A stretch of DNA of 55,869 nucleotides from contig JAHITU010000004.1 in assembly GCA_018817595.1 (NCBI GenBank), positions 1 through 55,869 on the forward strand, given 5' to 3'. A model generated the notes under the pieces. It saw only the letters and a program-made list of their open reading frames with translations. It had not been told where the DNA came from and ran no database searches. A program made the translations under genes and the position numbers. How positions within the stretch are numbered: the first letter of the stretch is position 1; each line of letters opens with the position of its first letter. This DNA is from Patescibacteria group bacterium. Its GTDB lineage: Bacteria; Patescibacteriota; Minisyncoccia; Phycocordibacterales; UBA12079. Shown here in pieces: positions 36,853-47,863 of the stretch.

Positions 36853-38082
36853 ATGGAAAACATAAATATTAAAAAAATAATAACTTATTCAATTTTAATT
36901 TTATTAATTGGTTTTTTGGTTTATTTCTTTTTCTTTAAAAAAAATGATGTCGTGACCCAAAAAGAAGACTCTGAAAGTTTCTTTCCAGTTGGGGAAGTAG
37001 AAGAGGTTGATTTAGGAAAAGACTTTGAAATTTTAAAAGAATCAGAGGATTATTTAAGTGATCAGGAGTTAGCCCAACAAATACCTGTTTTAAGAAAAGT
37101 TTCTAATGAACCAATAGCTGGGGCTTTTATTTTTAAAGAAAATCCAACAAAAGATGATTTCTATACTATTCGTTATATAGAAAAGGCTACTGGTCATATT
37201 TATGAAACAAAAACAGATATATTAACAAACGAAAGAATTTCTAATAAAACTATTCCTAAAATTAATAATGTAAAATGGTTAGATAAAGATAATTTTATTT
37301 TTAATTATATAGATAATAATATTATTAAAACATATTCAGCAAACTTAACTGGAACTACTACAAATAACACTGTTGAATTAAATGGGGTTTATTTACAAAA
37401 TAACATTCAAGATATTATTTATTTTAATGATAATTTATTTTATTTAATAAATTCTGGCTCTGATTCTAAAGGAATATTAGTTAATAAGGAAAATGAAAAA
37501 GCACAACAATTATTTTTCTCTCCATTAAGAGAGTGGTTAATCTCTAATATTAACAATACTCTTATTTCTTTCACTACAAAAAGTAATGAAAATACTTTAG
37601 GTTATATGTTTATATATAATCCAAAAACAGATAATTTCTCTAAAATAATAAATAAGAAATTAAATCTTTCAACACTCCTAAATAAAAATTCAGATATTTT
37701 ATATTTATATAATGAAAATCTTAAACCTCAACTATCTTTTTATTCTTCAAAAGAAAAAATAAATTCTAATATACCAATATTAACTTTCCCTGAAAAATGT
37801 GTATGGTCTCAAGATGATATAAACATATTCTGTGGAGTTCCCACCCAATCAATTTCAAATAATAGTTTAAATGATTGGTATAAAGGAAATGTTCTATTTA
37901 ATGATAATGTTTGGAAAATAAATATAGAAACAGGAAAACTTACTGAAATTATTTCTCTTACAGAATTAGAACAAGAGGGGATAGATGTTACAAATATCTC
38001 CATTACAGATAATAATGACTTTTTAATTTTTATTAATAAAAAAGATTATTCATTATGGAGTCTTCAAATAATATCTAATTAG
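36853..38082 (+). CDS. Membrane-anchored beta-propeller-like hypothetical protein
   Basis: N-terminal TM segment, repeated beta-strand motifs and FPEKCVWS. Confidence 0.75.
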   Translation: MENINIKKIITYSILILLIGFLVYFFFFKKNDVVTQKEDSESFFPVGEVEEVDLGKDFEILKESEDYLSDQELAQQIPVLRKVSNEPIAGAFIFKENPTKDDFYTIRYIEKATGHIYETKTDILTNERISNKTIPKINNVKWLDKDNFIFNYIDNNIIKTYSANLTGTTTNNTVELNGVYLQNNIQDIIYFNDNLFYLINSGSDSKGILVNKENEKAQQLFFSPLREWLISNINNTLISFTTKSNENTLGYMFIYNPKTDNFSKIINKKLNLSTLLNKNSDILYLYNENLKPQLSFYSSKEKINSNIPILTFPEKCVWSQDDINIFCGVPTQSISNNSLNDWYKGNVLFNDNVWKINIETGKLTEIISLTELEQEGIDVTNISITDNNDFLIFINKKDYSLWSLQIISN

Positions 38083-38165
38083 AGATTATTTTCTTAATTC
38101 CTAAATCTTACATCTTAAATCTAAAACTTAAATAATTAAAAAAAAGCCTTAAGGCTCTTTTTTAA

Positions 38166-38636
38166 TTATTTAGGTTTAACTACCACTCTTCTGAATTCAC
38201 CTTCACCAATTGATTCTGTGAAAACCTTTTCATTATCAGCAAGAGCTGAGTGAATTATCATCCTTTCATATGAATTAGCAGCAGGCATTTCTATTTCTCT
38301 TTTAAAAAGATCTGCTTTTTTAGCTGTATTAAAGGCTTCTTGTTTTATCTTATCTATATTATTAGATTGATAATCATTTACATCTATATAAAAATTAACT
38401 TTTTTATCAAATTCTGATGTTTTTATCCAAATTAATCTTTTTATTAAATGATTAAAGGCTTGGATATTAGCACCATCATTACCAATTAGAATACCGGAAT
38501 CATTTGTTTTGATAATAAATTTAACTCCATCATTAAAATCATTTTTTTCAATAAACAAAACTTCATCAAATTCTACACATAATTTGTTTAACATTAACTC
38601 AATATTTTCTTTTATTATATTTATTTGTTTTTCCAT
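38166..38636 (-). CDS. jag: Jag/EloR-like KH + R3H RNA-binding protein
   Basis: LIGNDGANIQAFNHL (KH) and ERMIIHSAL...SIGEGEFRRVVV (R3H). Confidence 0.9.
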   Translation of the reverse strand: MEKQINIIKENIELMLNKLCVEFDEVLFIEKNDFNDGVKFIIKTNDSGILIGNDGANIQAFNHLIKRLIWIKTSEFDKKVNFYIDVNDYQSNNIDKIKQEAFNTAKKADLFKREIEMPAANSYERMIIHSALADNEKVFTESIGEGEFRRVVVKPK

Positions 38637-38680
38637 TTTAATATTTGTTATTATTTTTATTTATACTACATTAATTTTAT

Positions 38681-39436
38681 TTAATTTACTAGTATTTTTC
38701 CATTTTGTTTTTCTTCCATTTTTCTTTTAACAAACATTTCTTGACCTATCATAAAAATATTAGAAGTTATCCAATATAAAGCAATAGCTGATGGGAGATT
38801 GTATGAAATAATTATAATTATCACAGGCATTACAAATTTCATTTGTAAATGCATAGATTTTGTTAAATCATCTTTAAAATCTCTTTTTTGTCCATTATTC
38901 CTTTTAAAATCAAGTTTAGGTAAAATTAGTTGAATTTGAATATATTGAGAAATACCAGCTAAAATAGCTAGTAATAAACTTTTTTGAGTCATATCAATTA
39001 AACCTATAAATAAAGTATGAATTTCGGTAGGGATTTTAACAAAAGAGTATAGAAGCTCAGAATTAACCTCAGGTAAACCTCCTTTTAAAAACACAAAATA
39101 TAAAGCAAAAATAATAGGAATTTGAATAATCATTATCATAATCCCAGAAAGGGGATTAAGATCATTTTCTCTATATAAATCCATTATTTTACGAGCTTGT
39201 TCCTCCTTATTATCTTTAAATTTTTCTTTTATTTTTTTTAATTCTGGTTCAATTTTCTTTTGGGTTATTTGTAATTGGATTGATTTTTTAGTTAAGGGAA
39301 AAATTATTAATTTAACTGCAATTGTAATTAATATTACAGCTACACCCATATCTACCCATGGTAAAATATCTATTAAATAAACTAATCCATTATAAATAGG
39401 GTTGAAGAATACATTATTAAATATATAAGATATCAT
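38681..39436 (-). CDS. yidC: Membrane protein insertase YidC/Oxa1 (probable start ATG 39436)
   Basis: ILITIAVKLIIFPL, LYRENDLNPLSG, IQIPIIFALY and LYWITSNIF motifs. Confidence 0.95.
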   Translation of the reverse strand: MISYIFNNVFFNPIYNGLVYLIDILPWVDMGVAVILITIAVKLIIFPLTKKSIQLQITQKKIEPELKKIKEKFKDNKEEQARKIMDLYRENDLNPLSGIMIMIIQIPIIFALYFVFLKGGLPEVNSELLYSFVKIPTEIHTLFIGLIDMTQKSLLLAILAGISQYIQIQLILPKLDFKRNNGQKRDFKDDLTKSMHLQMKFVMPVIIIIISYNLPSAIALYWITSNIFMIGQEMFVKRKMEEKQNGKILVN

Positions 39437-39662
39437 AAGGATTATAATATCCCATTCACACTTAAAAAGCAAAAGATTTCTAACCTACCTACACCTACCG
39501 GCGCGCAGGGGTAGTTATAAGAAATCTTGCAATCCCTTATATATATTAATATAGACATTAATAAACTAATATTTGTTAAAATTGTTGTAAATACTATTTA
39601 AAATTAATATTTGTGACAGGGTAAAAGATTTCATATTTAAATTAAAGACTTATCTAGTAGAT

Positions 39663-39995
39663 TTATATTAATTTAGAAATAGAATCTTTTATTTCTTTTT
39701 TTAATTCTTGAGGTTTAAGTTCTATAATTTCTTTTTTTAAAAAAACAATAATATTATAAGAAGGGGGAATAGTATTATACAAATCTTTTATTATAGCCAT
39801 AAATTTTCTTTTCACTTCATTCCTATCAACAGCTTTTTTAAATTGTTTTTTAGGAGCAACACAAGTAATATGACTTTTTTCCTGTTTTTTATCTTCTAAA
39901 ATTAAAAAATAAAAATATTTAAAATATTTCTTTTTTCCAGAAGTAATTATTTTATTAAATAATTCAGTATTTATTTTTTTATCTTTAGATAACAT
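39663..39995 (-). CDS. rnpA: Ribonuclease P protein component
   Basis: K-K-x-F-K-K-A-V-D-R-N-x-x-K-R RNR motif; located next to yidC. Confidence 0.88.
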   Translation of the reverse strand: MLSKDKKINTELFNKIITSGKKKYFKYFYFLILEDKKQEKSHITCVAPKKQFKKAVDRNEVKRKFMAIIKDLYNTIPPSYNIIVFLKKEIIELKPQELKKEIKDSISKLI

Positions 39996-40132
39996 TACTT
40001 TTATTATATATTATTTATTATGTATAAAATAGTGGTATTTAAATCAAAATTAATAGGTTTATATTTAATTATAATTATAAAAGATAAAATTACTTGTATT
40101 TTATGTTATTTTACATTATAATTCTACCTATC

Positions 40133-40267
40133 ATGTCACAAACATACCAACCAAAAAATAGAAAAAGAAATAAAACTCATGGCTTTCTAGTAAGAAGTGC
40201 TTCTGCAGGTGGAAAAAATATTCTACAAAATAGAAGAAGAAAGGGGAGAGCTAAAATTTCTGTTTAA
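40133..40267 (+). CDS. rpmH: 50S ribosomal protein L34 (not in the ORF track)
   Basis: MSQTYQPKNRKRNKTHGFLVRSASAGGKNILQNRRRKGRAKISV*. Confidence 0.95.
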   Translation: MSQTYQPKNRKRNKTHGFLVRSASAGGKNILQNRRRKGRAKISV

Positions 40268-40389
40268 ATAATAAATTTAAAATAATATTAGAAAAAAATA
40301 ACCACTTTAGTGGTTATTTTTTTACTTTTGATTTTATAGACCTGCCTGCCGGTAGGTAGGTTTTATAAACTTTTGACTCGTTTAAAAAG

Positions 40390-40398
40390 TTATCCACA
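40390..40398 (+). promoter_or_regulatory. DnaA box upstream of dnaA
   Basis: TTATCCACA. Confidence 0.75.
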
Positions 40399-40492
40399 AC
40401 TTAATAACATACTAATACACTTTTTTCTAGTGTTATAAAAATCTTATAGGTAATATAATTGTTTTTAACTAATTAAATAATTAATTTAATCT

Positions 40493-41845
40493 ATGAATCC
40501 TCTTACAACAGATAATAAAAAAATATGGGAAGAAGTTTTAAATGGTTTAGAGTTAAAACTTTCAAAACCGAATTTTAATACTTGGTTTAAAGATACTAAT
40601 ATAGTTAAATATGAAAATGGAGTTGTTTTTATAGGAGTTCCTAATGAATTTGTTAAAAATTGGCTTTATGAAAAATATAATAAATATATACTTAAAATAT
40701 TAAGAGATTTAGAAGATAATATTAGAGCTGTCGAATATATTATTGATAATTCACAAACAAATATTAAGCAATGTAATTTAAAAGTTCAATTAAATATGAA
40801 TAGTAAATTAGCTTTAGAATCTATCTCTATAGATAAAAAAGATAATTTAAATCCTCGTTATACTTTTGATACTTTTATAGTAGGGACTTTTAATGAGTTA
40901 TCTTATGTAGCTTCTCAAACAGTTTTACAAAAACAAGGTGTTGTTTACAACCCTCTTTTTGTTTATGGAAAAACAGGTTATGGAAAAACTCATTTAATAC
41001 AAGCAATAGGAAATGAATACAAAAAAATGAATAAACGAGTATTTTATACAACTTCTGAAAAATTTTCAATGGATTGTATTCAATCTATTCAACAAAATAA
41101 AATTAATTTATTTAAGGAAAAATATCGTAAATATGATGTTTTAATTATGGATGATATTCAATTCTTAACTAATAAAGAAAGAACTCAGGAAGAATTATTT
41201 CATTTATTTAATTATCTTTATGATAATAATAAACAAATTATTTTTTCTTCAGATAGACATCCTAATCATATTCCAGATATTGCAGATAGGCTTAAATCTA
41301 GATTTAGTGCAGGAATGACAGTAGATATACAAGTTCCTGATATTGAATCAAGAGCAGCTATTATAAAATCAAAGATTAAAATACATAATTTTTATTTAGA
41401 AGAATCTATTATTAACCATATAGCCTCAGAAGTAAGAGGAAATATTCGTGAATTAGAAGGTATTTTTAATTCAATTATGTGTCAATCACAATTAAAAAAT
41501 AAAGAATTATCTTTAACAGAAATTCGTTCTTTGATTAAAACAAATATAAGTTCAAATAGAAATATTTCAGTTAAAGAAATTGTTAAAATTGTGGCTGAAT
41601 TTTATAATATAGAACAAGATATTATTTATAAAAAGACTAGAAAAAAGGAAGTGGTAAAACCAAGACAATTAATAATGTATATTTTAAGAGAAGATTTTAA
41701 TGTATCTTATCCTTCTATAGGAGAGAAATTAGGAGGTCGTGATCATACAACAGTTATTCATTCTTGTGATAAAATTAGAAATAATTTGAAGACTAATAGT
41801 TTATTATTACAAGAATTAGAACAAATTCGTTCTATATTTAATTAA
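40493..41845 (+). CDS. dnaA: Chromosomal replication initiator DnaA
   Basis: NPRYTFDTFIVG, YNPLFVYGKTGYGKTHL, MDDIQFL, RLKSRF and LGGRDHTTVIHS motifs. Confidence 0.98.
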   Translation: MNPLTTDNKKIWEEVLNGLELKLSKPNFNTWFKDTNIVKYENGVVFIGVPNEFVKNWLYEKYNKYILKILRDLEDNIRAVEYIIDNSQTNIKQCNLKVQLNMNSKLALESISIDKKDNLNPRYTFDTFIVGTFNELSYVASQTVLQKQGVVYNPLFVYGKTGYGKTHLIQAIGNEYKKMNKRVFYTTSEKFSMDCIQSIQQNKINLFKEKYRKYDVLIMDDIQFLTNKERTQEELFHLFNYLYDNNKQIIFSSDRHPNHIPDIADRLKSRFSAGMTVDIQVPDIESRAAIIKSKIKIHNFYLEESIINHIASEVRGNIRELEGIFNSIMCQSQLKNKELSLTEIRSLIKTNISSNRNISVKEIVKIVAEFYNIEQDIIYKKTRKKEVVKPRQLIMYILREDFNVSYPSIGEKLGGRDHTTVIHSCDKIRNNLKTNSLLLQELEQIRSIFN

Positions 41846-42097
41846 TATAATTGTGTGGATAAACCTGTTTATAAAGTAATAATAAGTTGTGATTAAAAAG
41901 TGTATTAATTAAAAATAATTTTAAATTTAAAACTTATACCCTTTTTATAAATAATAATCCACATTTAAAATTAATAACTTATCTTAAAAAACACTTTATT
42001 TATATAAATTAAATAAAGTTATCCAGTTATCCACAGAGCATACATATAATACATATTAAATATATATAATATAAACATATAAGAATAACTAAATACT
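41846..42097. promoter_or_regulatory. Probable oriC (dnaA-dnaN intergenic region)
   Basis: Extremely AT-rich, with perfect DnaA boxes at 41854-41862 (TGTGGATAA) and 42027-42035 (TTATCCACA) plus degenerate boxes. Confidence 0.7.
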
Positions 42098-43195
42098 ATG
42101 AAGATAAAATGTATTACAGAAAAATTGATTAACGCAGTTTCTAAGACAGAAAAGATGATTGGTAGAAATATGAATCTACCTGTTCTTAATTGTATTTTAT
42201 TAGAAGCAAAAGCTAATAAATTAGTTTTAAAGGCTACTAATTTAGATTTAGGAGTAGAGATATCAATTAATGCAGAAGTATCCGAAGAAGGCATTATTGC
42301 AGTTCCAGGGGTTATATTTAAAAACCTTCTATCTAATATTTCTAATGAAAAAATTAATCTAGAAGTAAAGAATGAAAATCTATTTATTATCACAAATAGT
42401 AATACATCCACTATCAAAGCTCAATCTAATGAAGATTTTCCATCTATTCCTAAAATAAAAGGAGAGAAAAAAATATCTTTAGATTCTAAACAATTAACCA
42501 AAGGTCTTAAATCAGTTTGGTATTCCGCTTCAATTTCAACTATTAAACCTGAGTTATCAAGTGTTTGTATAAATATAGAAGATGATTTTATTTATTTTAT
42601 AGCTACTGATTCATTTAGATTAGCTGAAACAAAAATTCCAGTAATTTCAAAAGAAAATATTGAGAATATTTTAATTCCTTTTAAAAATGTTCCAGACATA
42701 ATTAAAGTATTCGATGATATTGATGGTGATATTGATATAGAAATATCTAAAAATCAAATTTCTTTTACATATAATGGAATTTATCTAACTTCAAGAATTG
42801 TAGAAGGTTCTTTCCCAGATTATAAACAATTAATTCCTAAAGAATTTACTACAGAAGCAGTAGTATTAATGGAAGATTTTATAAAAGTATTTAAATTGAT
42901 AAATATTTTTTCTGATAAATTTAATCAAGTAAATTTTAATATAGAACCAAGTAATAAAAAATTTGAAATAACTTCAAGGTCAGATGAAGTAGGGGAGAAT
43001 ATAAATAATGTTTCTGCTGCTTTATCAGGAGAAGATTTAGGACTTCATTTTAATTATAAATATATTACTGATTGTTTCCAATCAATTCATACAGATTCGA
43101 TTATGTTGCAATTTAATGGAATAGGAAAACCAATGATAATCCGAGGAGTTTCAGATAATCAATTTCTATATCTTGTGATGCCAATGAATAAATAA
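42098..43195 (+). CDS. dnaN: DNA polymerase III beta clamp
   Basis: LPVLNCILL, ATNLDLGV, ATDSFRLA, EGSFPDY and YLVMPM motifs; follows dnaA. Confidence 0.97.
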   Translation: MKIKCITEKLINAVSKTEKMIGRNMNLPVLNCILLEAKANKLVLKATNLDLGVEISINAEVSEEGIIAVPGVIFKNLLSNISNEKINLEVKNENLFIITNSNTSTIKAQSNEDFPSIPKIKGEKKISLDSKQLTKGLKSVWYSASISTIKPELSSVCINIEDDFIYFIATDSFRLAETKIPVISKENIENILIPFKNVPDIIKVFDDIDGDIDIEISKNQISFTYNGIYLTSRIVEGSFPDYKQLIPKEFTTEAVVLMEDFIKVFKLINIFSDKFNQVNFNIEPSNKKFEITSRSDEVGENINNVSAALSGEDLGLHFNYKYITDCFQSIHTDSIMLQFNGIGKPMIIRGVSDNQFLYLVMPMNK

Positions 43196-43384
43196 AATTT
43201 CTTCTTAAAATTTTATTTAGATTTAAGAATTAAGATTTAGGATTTAAGATGATAAAAGTAAAATTCCATTAATTAAATTAATTAATGGAATTTTACTTTA
43301 CTTTTATTATATTTTAAGTATATTTAATTTAGTTAGAGTTTTGTAAATATTTTTTAAATAATCATATTAAATAAGGAGAAGAAT

Positions 43385-43702
43385 ATGTCTTTAAATCCAA
43401 AAGAAGTACAGAAATTAATCGAAAGATTTGAGAAAGATATTATTTATGATTGTCATAGTCTTAGAACAAGACTTTCTCGTTCAGAAGCAAGAGAAAAATT
43501 GAACGAGATGGGTAGAGATGCTTTAAGACCAATTATAGATCATCTTAAGATTAATTCTCCTAAAGATGAGTTAGCTGAAGCTTGGAATACTCTTTTTGCT
43601 TGGATTGAAAAAGATATTGATCCTAAAAGATCAGGTCCTAAATATGTAGACTCTGGAGAAATTATTAACTGGATTGAATGGGCGGAGAAATTTACCACCT
43701 AA
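43385..43702 (+). CDS. Orphan helical protein
   Basis: AAGGAG upstream, its own promoter-like TTTACT-N17-TATATT, and a downstream terminator hairpin. Confidence 0.7.
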   Translation: MSLNPKEVQKLIERFEKDIIYDCHSLRTRLSRSEAREKLNEMGRDALRPIIDHLKINSPKDELAEAWNTLFAWIEKDIDPKRSGPKYVDSGEIINWIEWAEKFTT

Positions 43703-43810
43703 TAATAAAAACCTATCAACAAGATTACTTATTAATCTTGTTGATAGGTTTTCTTGTTTTTAAACTCTAACTAGCTAATTAGCTAAACCCTAACTTTATA
43801 ATTTAAAATA

Positions 43811-46324
43811 CTATTGCACTTTAAATTCTATTGATTGAATTGATTTGTTATAAACAGTATCAAACATTACTATTTTAAGAGTATTAACATCTTGAATATT
43901 ATCAATATTTTTAGGAATAAAAGAGAAAGGACTATTATCTTGGGATGAACCAATAAAAATTCCATTTATATAAAATTCTTTTTTAAGAATTGGATATTTA
44001 GAATAGGATTTTGTTAGGAAAACATCTATTTTTAAATTTTTATTATAAGTTAATAATGTATTAGGGGATATAATAGAAAACCTCGGAGCATATATTGGAT
44101 TATGTACATCATCATATTCAGTTGGTATTATATTAATAGCTGTAGAAGTCCCAAAACCATTAGCTAAAGCCCATTCAGACACTCTATACTCCCATCTTAC
44201 ATACTGCATATCTAGTTCGGGTAATAAAGGTTTTGGGCCAAGGGGGTTGTTCTTATCTACCCAGTGTAAAATAGAATGAATATCTTGAACTACTTTTTCT
44301 TCATACATTTCCTCAGGTGTGAATTCAGTCACTAATTTACCGGATATTTTATCCACTACATAAGTATCACCCCCCATCCATACTCCTCGTAAAATAGGTT
44401 TAATTTCATCTAATGGTAATTTATCAGGAGTTTCGAATTCTCCAGCTGGGTATTTAATTAATACTTCTTTTACAAAATCATGCCACATAGGAGCCACCAC
44501 AAAACCAGCCACTTTCTTTTCCATTGATGTATTATCATTATTTCCAGCCCAAGCCCCAAAAGCCACTTTATCATTATATCCAATTATCCAAGCATCTCGA
44601 TAATCGTTAGTTGTTCCTGTTTTAGAAGCAACATCAACTCCTTCTCCAAAATAAAGAGGAGAATTAACTCCAAAAGCTGGAATTCTAGCCTTGTCATCAG
44701 ATAAAATATCTGAAATTAATAAAGCTGATTGTTTAGGTAATACTCTTCTTTGGTTTGGTTTAAATTCTTCAATTATATTTCCATTTTTGTCTTCTATTTT
44801 TAAAATTCCTATAACTTTATTTTTTATTCCATTATTAGAAAAAGTAGCATAAGCATTTGTGATATCTAAAAGTGAAACTTCACCACCACCTAATACCAAG
44901 GTTAATCCATATTGATTTACATCACCAAGATTTTCAATTCCCATATCTTGAGCTACTCGAAGAGAATCCGGTAAACCAGCTAAATAAAGAGCTTTAATCG
45001 CTGGGATGTTAATTGATTGAGCTAAAGCATTTCTAAAAGAAATAGGACCTCTAAAAACACCATCATAATTAGTAGGGGAATAACAAGTATTATCATCCTT
45101 TGTTTCGTTTGAGTTTATAGGGGTTCCGTCAGGATTACAAGTAGTTGAGAATTCTGTTTGTAAATCAAACACCACAGTTTCAGGGGTATAACCTTTATTA
45201 AAAGCTGTAGCATAAACAAAAGGTTTAAAAGCTGATCCCGGTTGGCGATGAGCTAAAGCAATATTAAAATTACCATCAATTTCTTTATCAAAATAATCTC
45301 GGGATCCAACCATAGTTAAAATTTGTCCTGTTTTAGAATCAATAGCTACAATAGAAGCATTTTCAGCATTAAATTTTAATTCATTTTCTAAAGCATATTT
45401 TTTAACAATTTCTTCTCCTTTAGATTGAATCTCATAATCTAAAGTAGTAATTACCTTAAGACCTTCTTCTGTTACATTTTTTCCATATTTATTTTCTAAA
45501 TATTCTTTAATAAACATTACAAAATGAGGAGCACGAATTCCTAAAACTTCTTGTTTTTGAAATTCTAAAGTTGTTTCTATTCCTTCCTTATATTCTTCTT
45601 CACTTATAAAATTATTTTTAAACATTTGAGTAAGGACTAAATTTTTTCTCACTTCTAATCTATCACGGTTATTTCCATAAGGTGAATAAAAAGTTGGAGC
45701 CTGAGGAATAGCTGCTAAATACGCAGACTCAACCAAATTTAAATCTTTTGAATTTTTACCAAAAAAAGATAATGAAGCTTCTTCAATTCCATAAATATTT
45801 CCACCATAAGGAGCTTCATTTAAATAAAGAGTTAAAATTTCTTCTTTACTCATTACCTGTTCTAATTTATAAGCTAAAACCCACTCTTTTAATTTACGAG
45901 TAATTTTTTTCTCTGTAGTTAAAATAGAATTTTTTACTACTTGTTGAGTAATAGTGGAACCTCCTTGACCAAAACTCATTGTTTTAAGATTAGCTAAAGC
46001 TGATCTTAAAAAAGCCATTGGTTTAACCCCTTTATGTTGGTAGAATTCTGCATCTTCAATAGCTACTGTGGCGTTTTTAATATTAGAAGAAATATCTGAA
46101 TAAGGAATAAGAGTTCTTTTTGTATCACTATGTAAGTCATATAAAAGAATTTCTCCAGTACGATCATATATTTTAGTAGATTCAGAAACTCTTCTTTCTG
46201 AAATGGTATTTAAATCAGGAATTTTAAAAGTAGAAATCCATAAAAAAATCCATCCCCCTATAAGCATTGAGAAGATAAACAGTAGGACTATTATTTTTTT
46301 TAATAGATTTTTATTTTTTTTCAT
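43811..46324 (-). CDS. Class A penicillin-binding protein (transglycosylase/transpeptidase, PBP1A-like)
   Basis: AIEDAEFYQH, GGSTITQQVVKN, RKLKE, QPGSAFKP (SxxK), SIN and KTGT motifs. Confidence 0.96.
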   Translation of the reverse strand: MKKNKNLLKKIIVLLFIFSMLIGGWIFLWISTFKIPDLNTISERRVSESTKIYDRTGEILLYDLHSDTKRTLIPYSDISSNIKNATVAIEDAEFYQHKGVKPMAFLRSALANLKTMSFGQGGSTITQQVVKNSILTTEKKITRKLKEWVLAYKLEQVMSKEEILTLYLNEAPYGGNIYGIEEASLSFFGKNSKDLNLVESAYLAAIPQAPTFYSPYGNNRDRLEVRKNLVLTQMFKNNFISEEEYKEGIETTLEFQKQEVLGIRAPHFVMFIKEYLENKYGKNVTEEGLKVITTLDYEIQSKGEEIVKKYALENELKFNAENASIVAIDSKTGQILTMVGSRDYFDKEIDGNFNIALAHRQPGSAFKPFVYATAFNKGYTPETVVFDLQTEFSTTCNPDGTPINSNETKDDNTCYSPTNYDGVFRGPISFRNALAQSINIPAIKALYLAGLPDSLRVAQDMGIENLGDVNQYGLTLVLGGGEVSLLDITNAYATFSNNGIKNKVIGILKIEDKNGNIIEEFKPNQRRVLPKQSALLISDILSDDKARIPAFGVNSPLYFGEGVDVASKTGTTNDYRDAWIIGYNDKVAFGAWAGNNDNTSMEKKVAGFVVAPMWHDFVKEVLIKYPAGEFETPDKLPLDEIKPILRGVWMGGDTYVVDKISGKLVTEFTPEEMYEEKVVQDIHSILHWVDKNNPLGPKPLLPELDMQYVRWEYRVSEWALANGFGTSTAINIIPTEYDDVHNPIYAPRFSIISPNTLLTYNKNLKIDVFLTKSYSKYPILKKEFYINGIFIGSSQDNSPFSFIPKNIDNIQDVNTLKIVMFDTVYNKSIQSIEFKVQ

Positions 46325-46525
46325 ATGTTTAAAATTAATTTCATGAATTTTAAAAAGATTTAAGAGATAAGATTTATGATTTAAGAAAAAATTTTGTTTT
46401 TGTTATAAATCCTTGTAATAATTTATGTGATTCTTTCTAGACTATGAAATTTTTGAAATCTTTAATTTTTGTATTCATAAATCTTAAATCTTAAATCTTA
46501 TCTATGAAATAATTTTTATTAAAAA

Positions 46526-47005
46526 TTATTTAGGATGACACGCAAAATAAGTAAGTCCTATAGCAATAGCATCATACTCATCATCATATTTTACCTCTTT
46601 TTCAATGATAATTAAATGGGGGAGCATAGAAAGAATTTGGTCTTTGGTACTTCTTCCGTATCCAATAATAGCTATTTTAATTTGTAGAGGGGTAAATTCA
46701 ATAACTTTTAAACCTTTTGCCAAGGCGGTATATTTTATAACTCCTTTCGCTTCTGATACTTTTAAGGCTGTTTTCTGGTTAGAATTAAAAAATAATGATT
46801 CAATAGCCATTGCCTTTGGCTTATATTCTTTTATTATTTTTTCTAACTCATTTCCAATTTCTTTAAGGCGGTCTTCAAAACAATCTTTAGCACAAGTTTG
46901 GAAACATTCAGAATAGAGTAAAACCTCTTTAGAAGAAGGAGTTTCTTTTTCTAAAACTGCCACCCCAACTCTTTCATATCCAGGGTCAATTGATATAATT
47001 CTCAT
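46526..47005 (-). CDS. ruvC: Holliday junction resolvase RuvC
   Basis: IISIDPG, AIESLFF and DDEYDAIAIG motifs. Confidence 0.95.
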   Translation of the reverse strand: MRIISIDPGYERVGVAVLEKETPSSKEVLLYSECFQTCAKDCFEDRLKEIGNELEKIIKEYKPKAMAIESLFFNSNQKTALKVSEAKGVIKYTALAKGLKVIEFTPLQIKIAIIGYGRSTKDQILSMLPHLIIIEKEVKYDDEYDAIAIGLTYFACHPK

Positions 47006-47202
47006 ATACTATAAGTATAAAGTGTTTCTGATTAAATTGAAATATGGTAAGTTTTTTAAAATAAATAAATTTCTAATTTCTAATTTCAAATTTTCAAACA
47101 ATGAAAAAATATATCAATGAATAAATGTTTAAAACATTGAAAAATTAGTTTAATTAGAAATTGTTTAGAAATTAGAAATTAAAAATTGAAAATTTTCTAA
47201 TA

Positions 47203-47742
47203 TTAGTCTTCACTAATATTAGTAAATACTTCTTGGATATCATCACAATCTTCTAATAAATCAATTAGATTTGAAGCCTTTTCCATATCCTCATCAGAAA
47301 GAGGAATTGTGGATTGAGGAATCCACTTATTTCCTTCTCTGGTGAAAGCCCAAGTAGCAGAACCTATTGCTCCTAACTCGAAACCTCCATTTTTTGAAAG
47401 AATGTGACGTACTTCTGCAGCCGCTCTATTTTTAGAATCAGTTAAAGCTTCAATAATAAAAGCACATCCACCAGGACCGTAAGCTTCATAAGTAATTGAT
47501 TCCATATTTACAGCATCAGCAGTTGTTCCTTTTTTAACTGCTCGAGTGATATTTTCAGCTGGCATATTAACTGCCTTAGCTTGATCTATAGCTGATTTCA
47601 AAGCAGGAGAGTTAATATCCCCATTTACTTTTTTAGATTCAACAGTAATTAATTTAGCGTATTTAGAAAAAATCTTTGATTTTTTCGCATCTGTTACTGC
47701 CTTCTTATTTTTTATTTTTGACCATTTATTGTGTCCTGACAT
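47203..47742 (-). CDS. yebC: YebC/PmpR family protein (short form)
   Basis: MSGHNKWSKIK, YEAYGPGG, LTDSKNR and DCDDIQEVFTN motifs. Confidence 0.95.
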   Translation of the reverse strand: MSGHNKWSKIKNKKAVTDAKKSKIFSKYAKLITVESKKVNGDINSPALKSAIDQAKAVNMPAENITRAVKKGTTADAVNMESITYEAYGPGGCAFIIEALTDSKNRAAAEVRHILSKNGGFELGAIGSATWAFTREGNKWIPQSTIPLSDEDMEKASNLIDLLEDCDDIQEVFTNISED

Positions 47743-47863
47743 AATTGAAAATTTTTAATTTTAAATTTTATAATTTTTAAATAATTTTTAATTTTAAATT
47801 TTTTAAAATTTAAGTTATTTTATGTATTTCAGTATAAGTGATTATTGATGTTTTTTCAATTAA

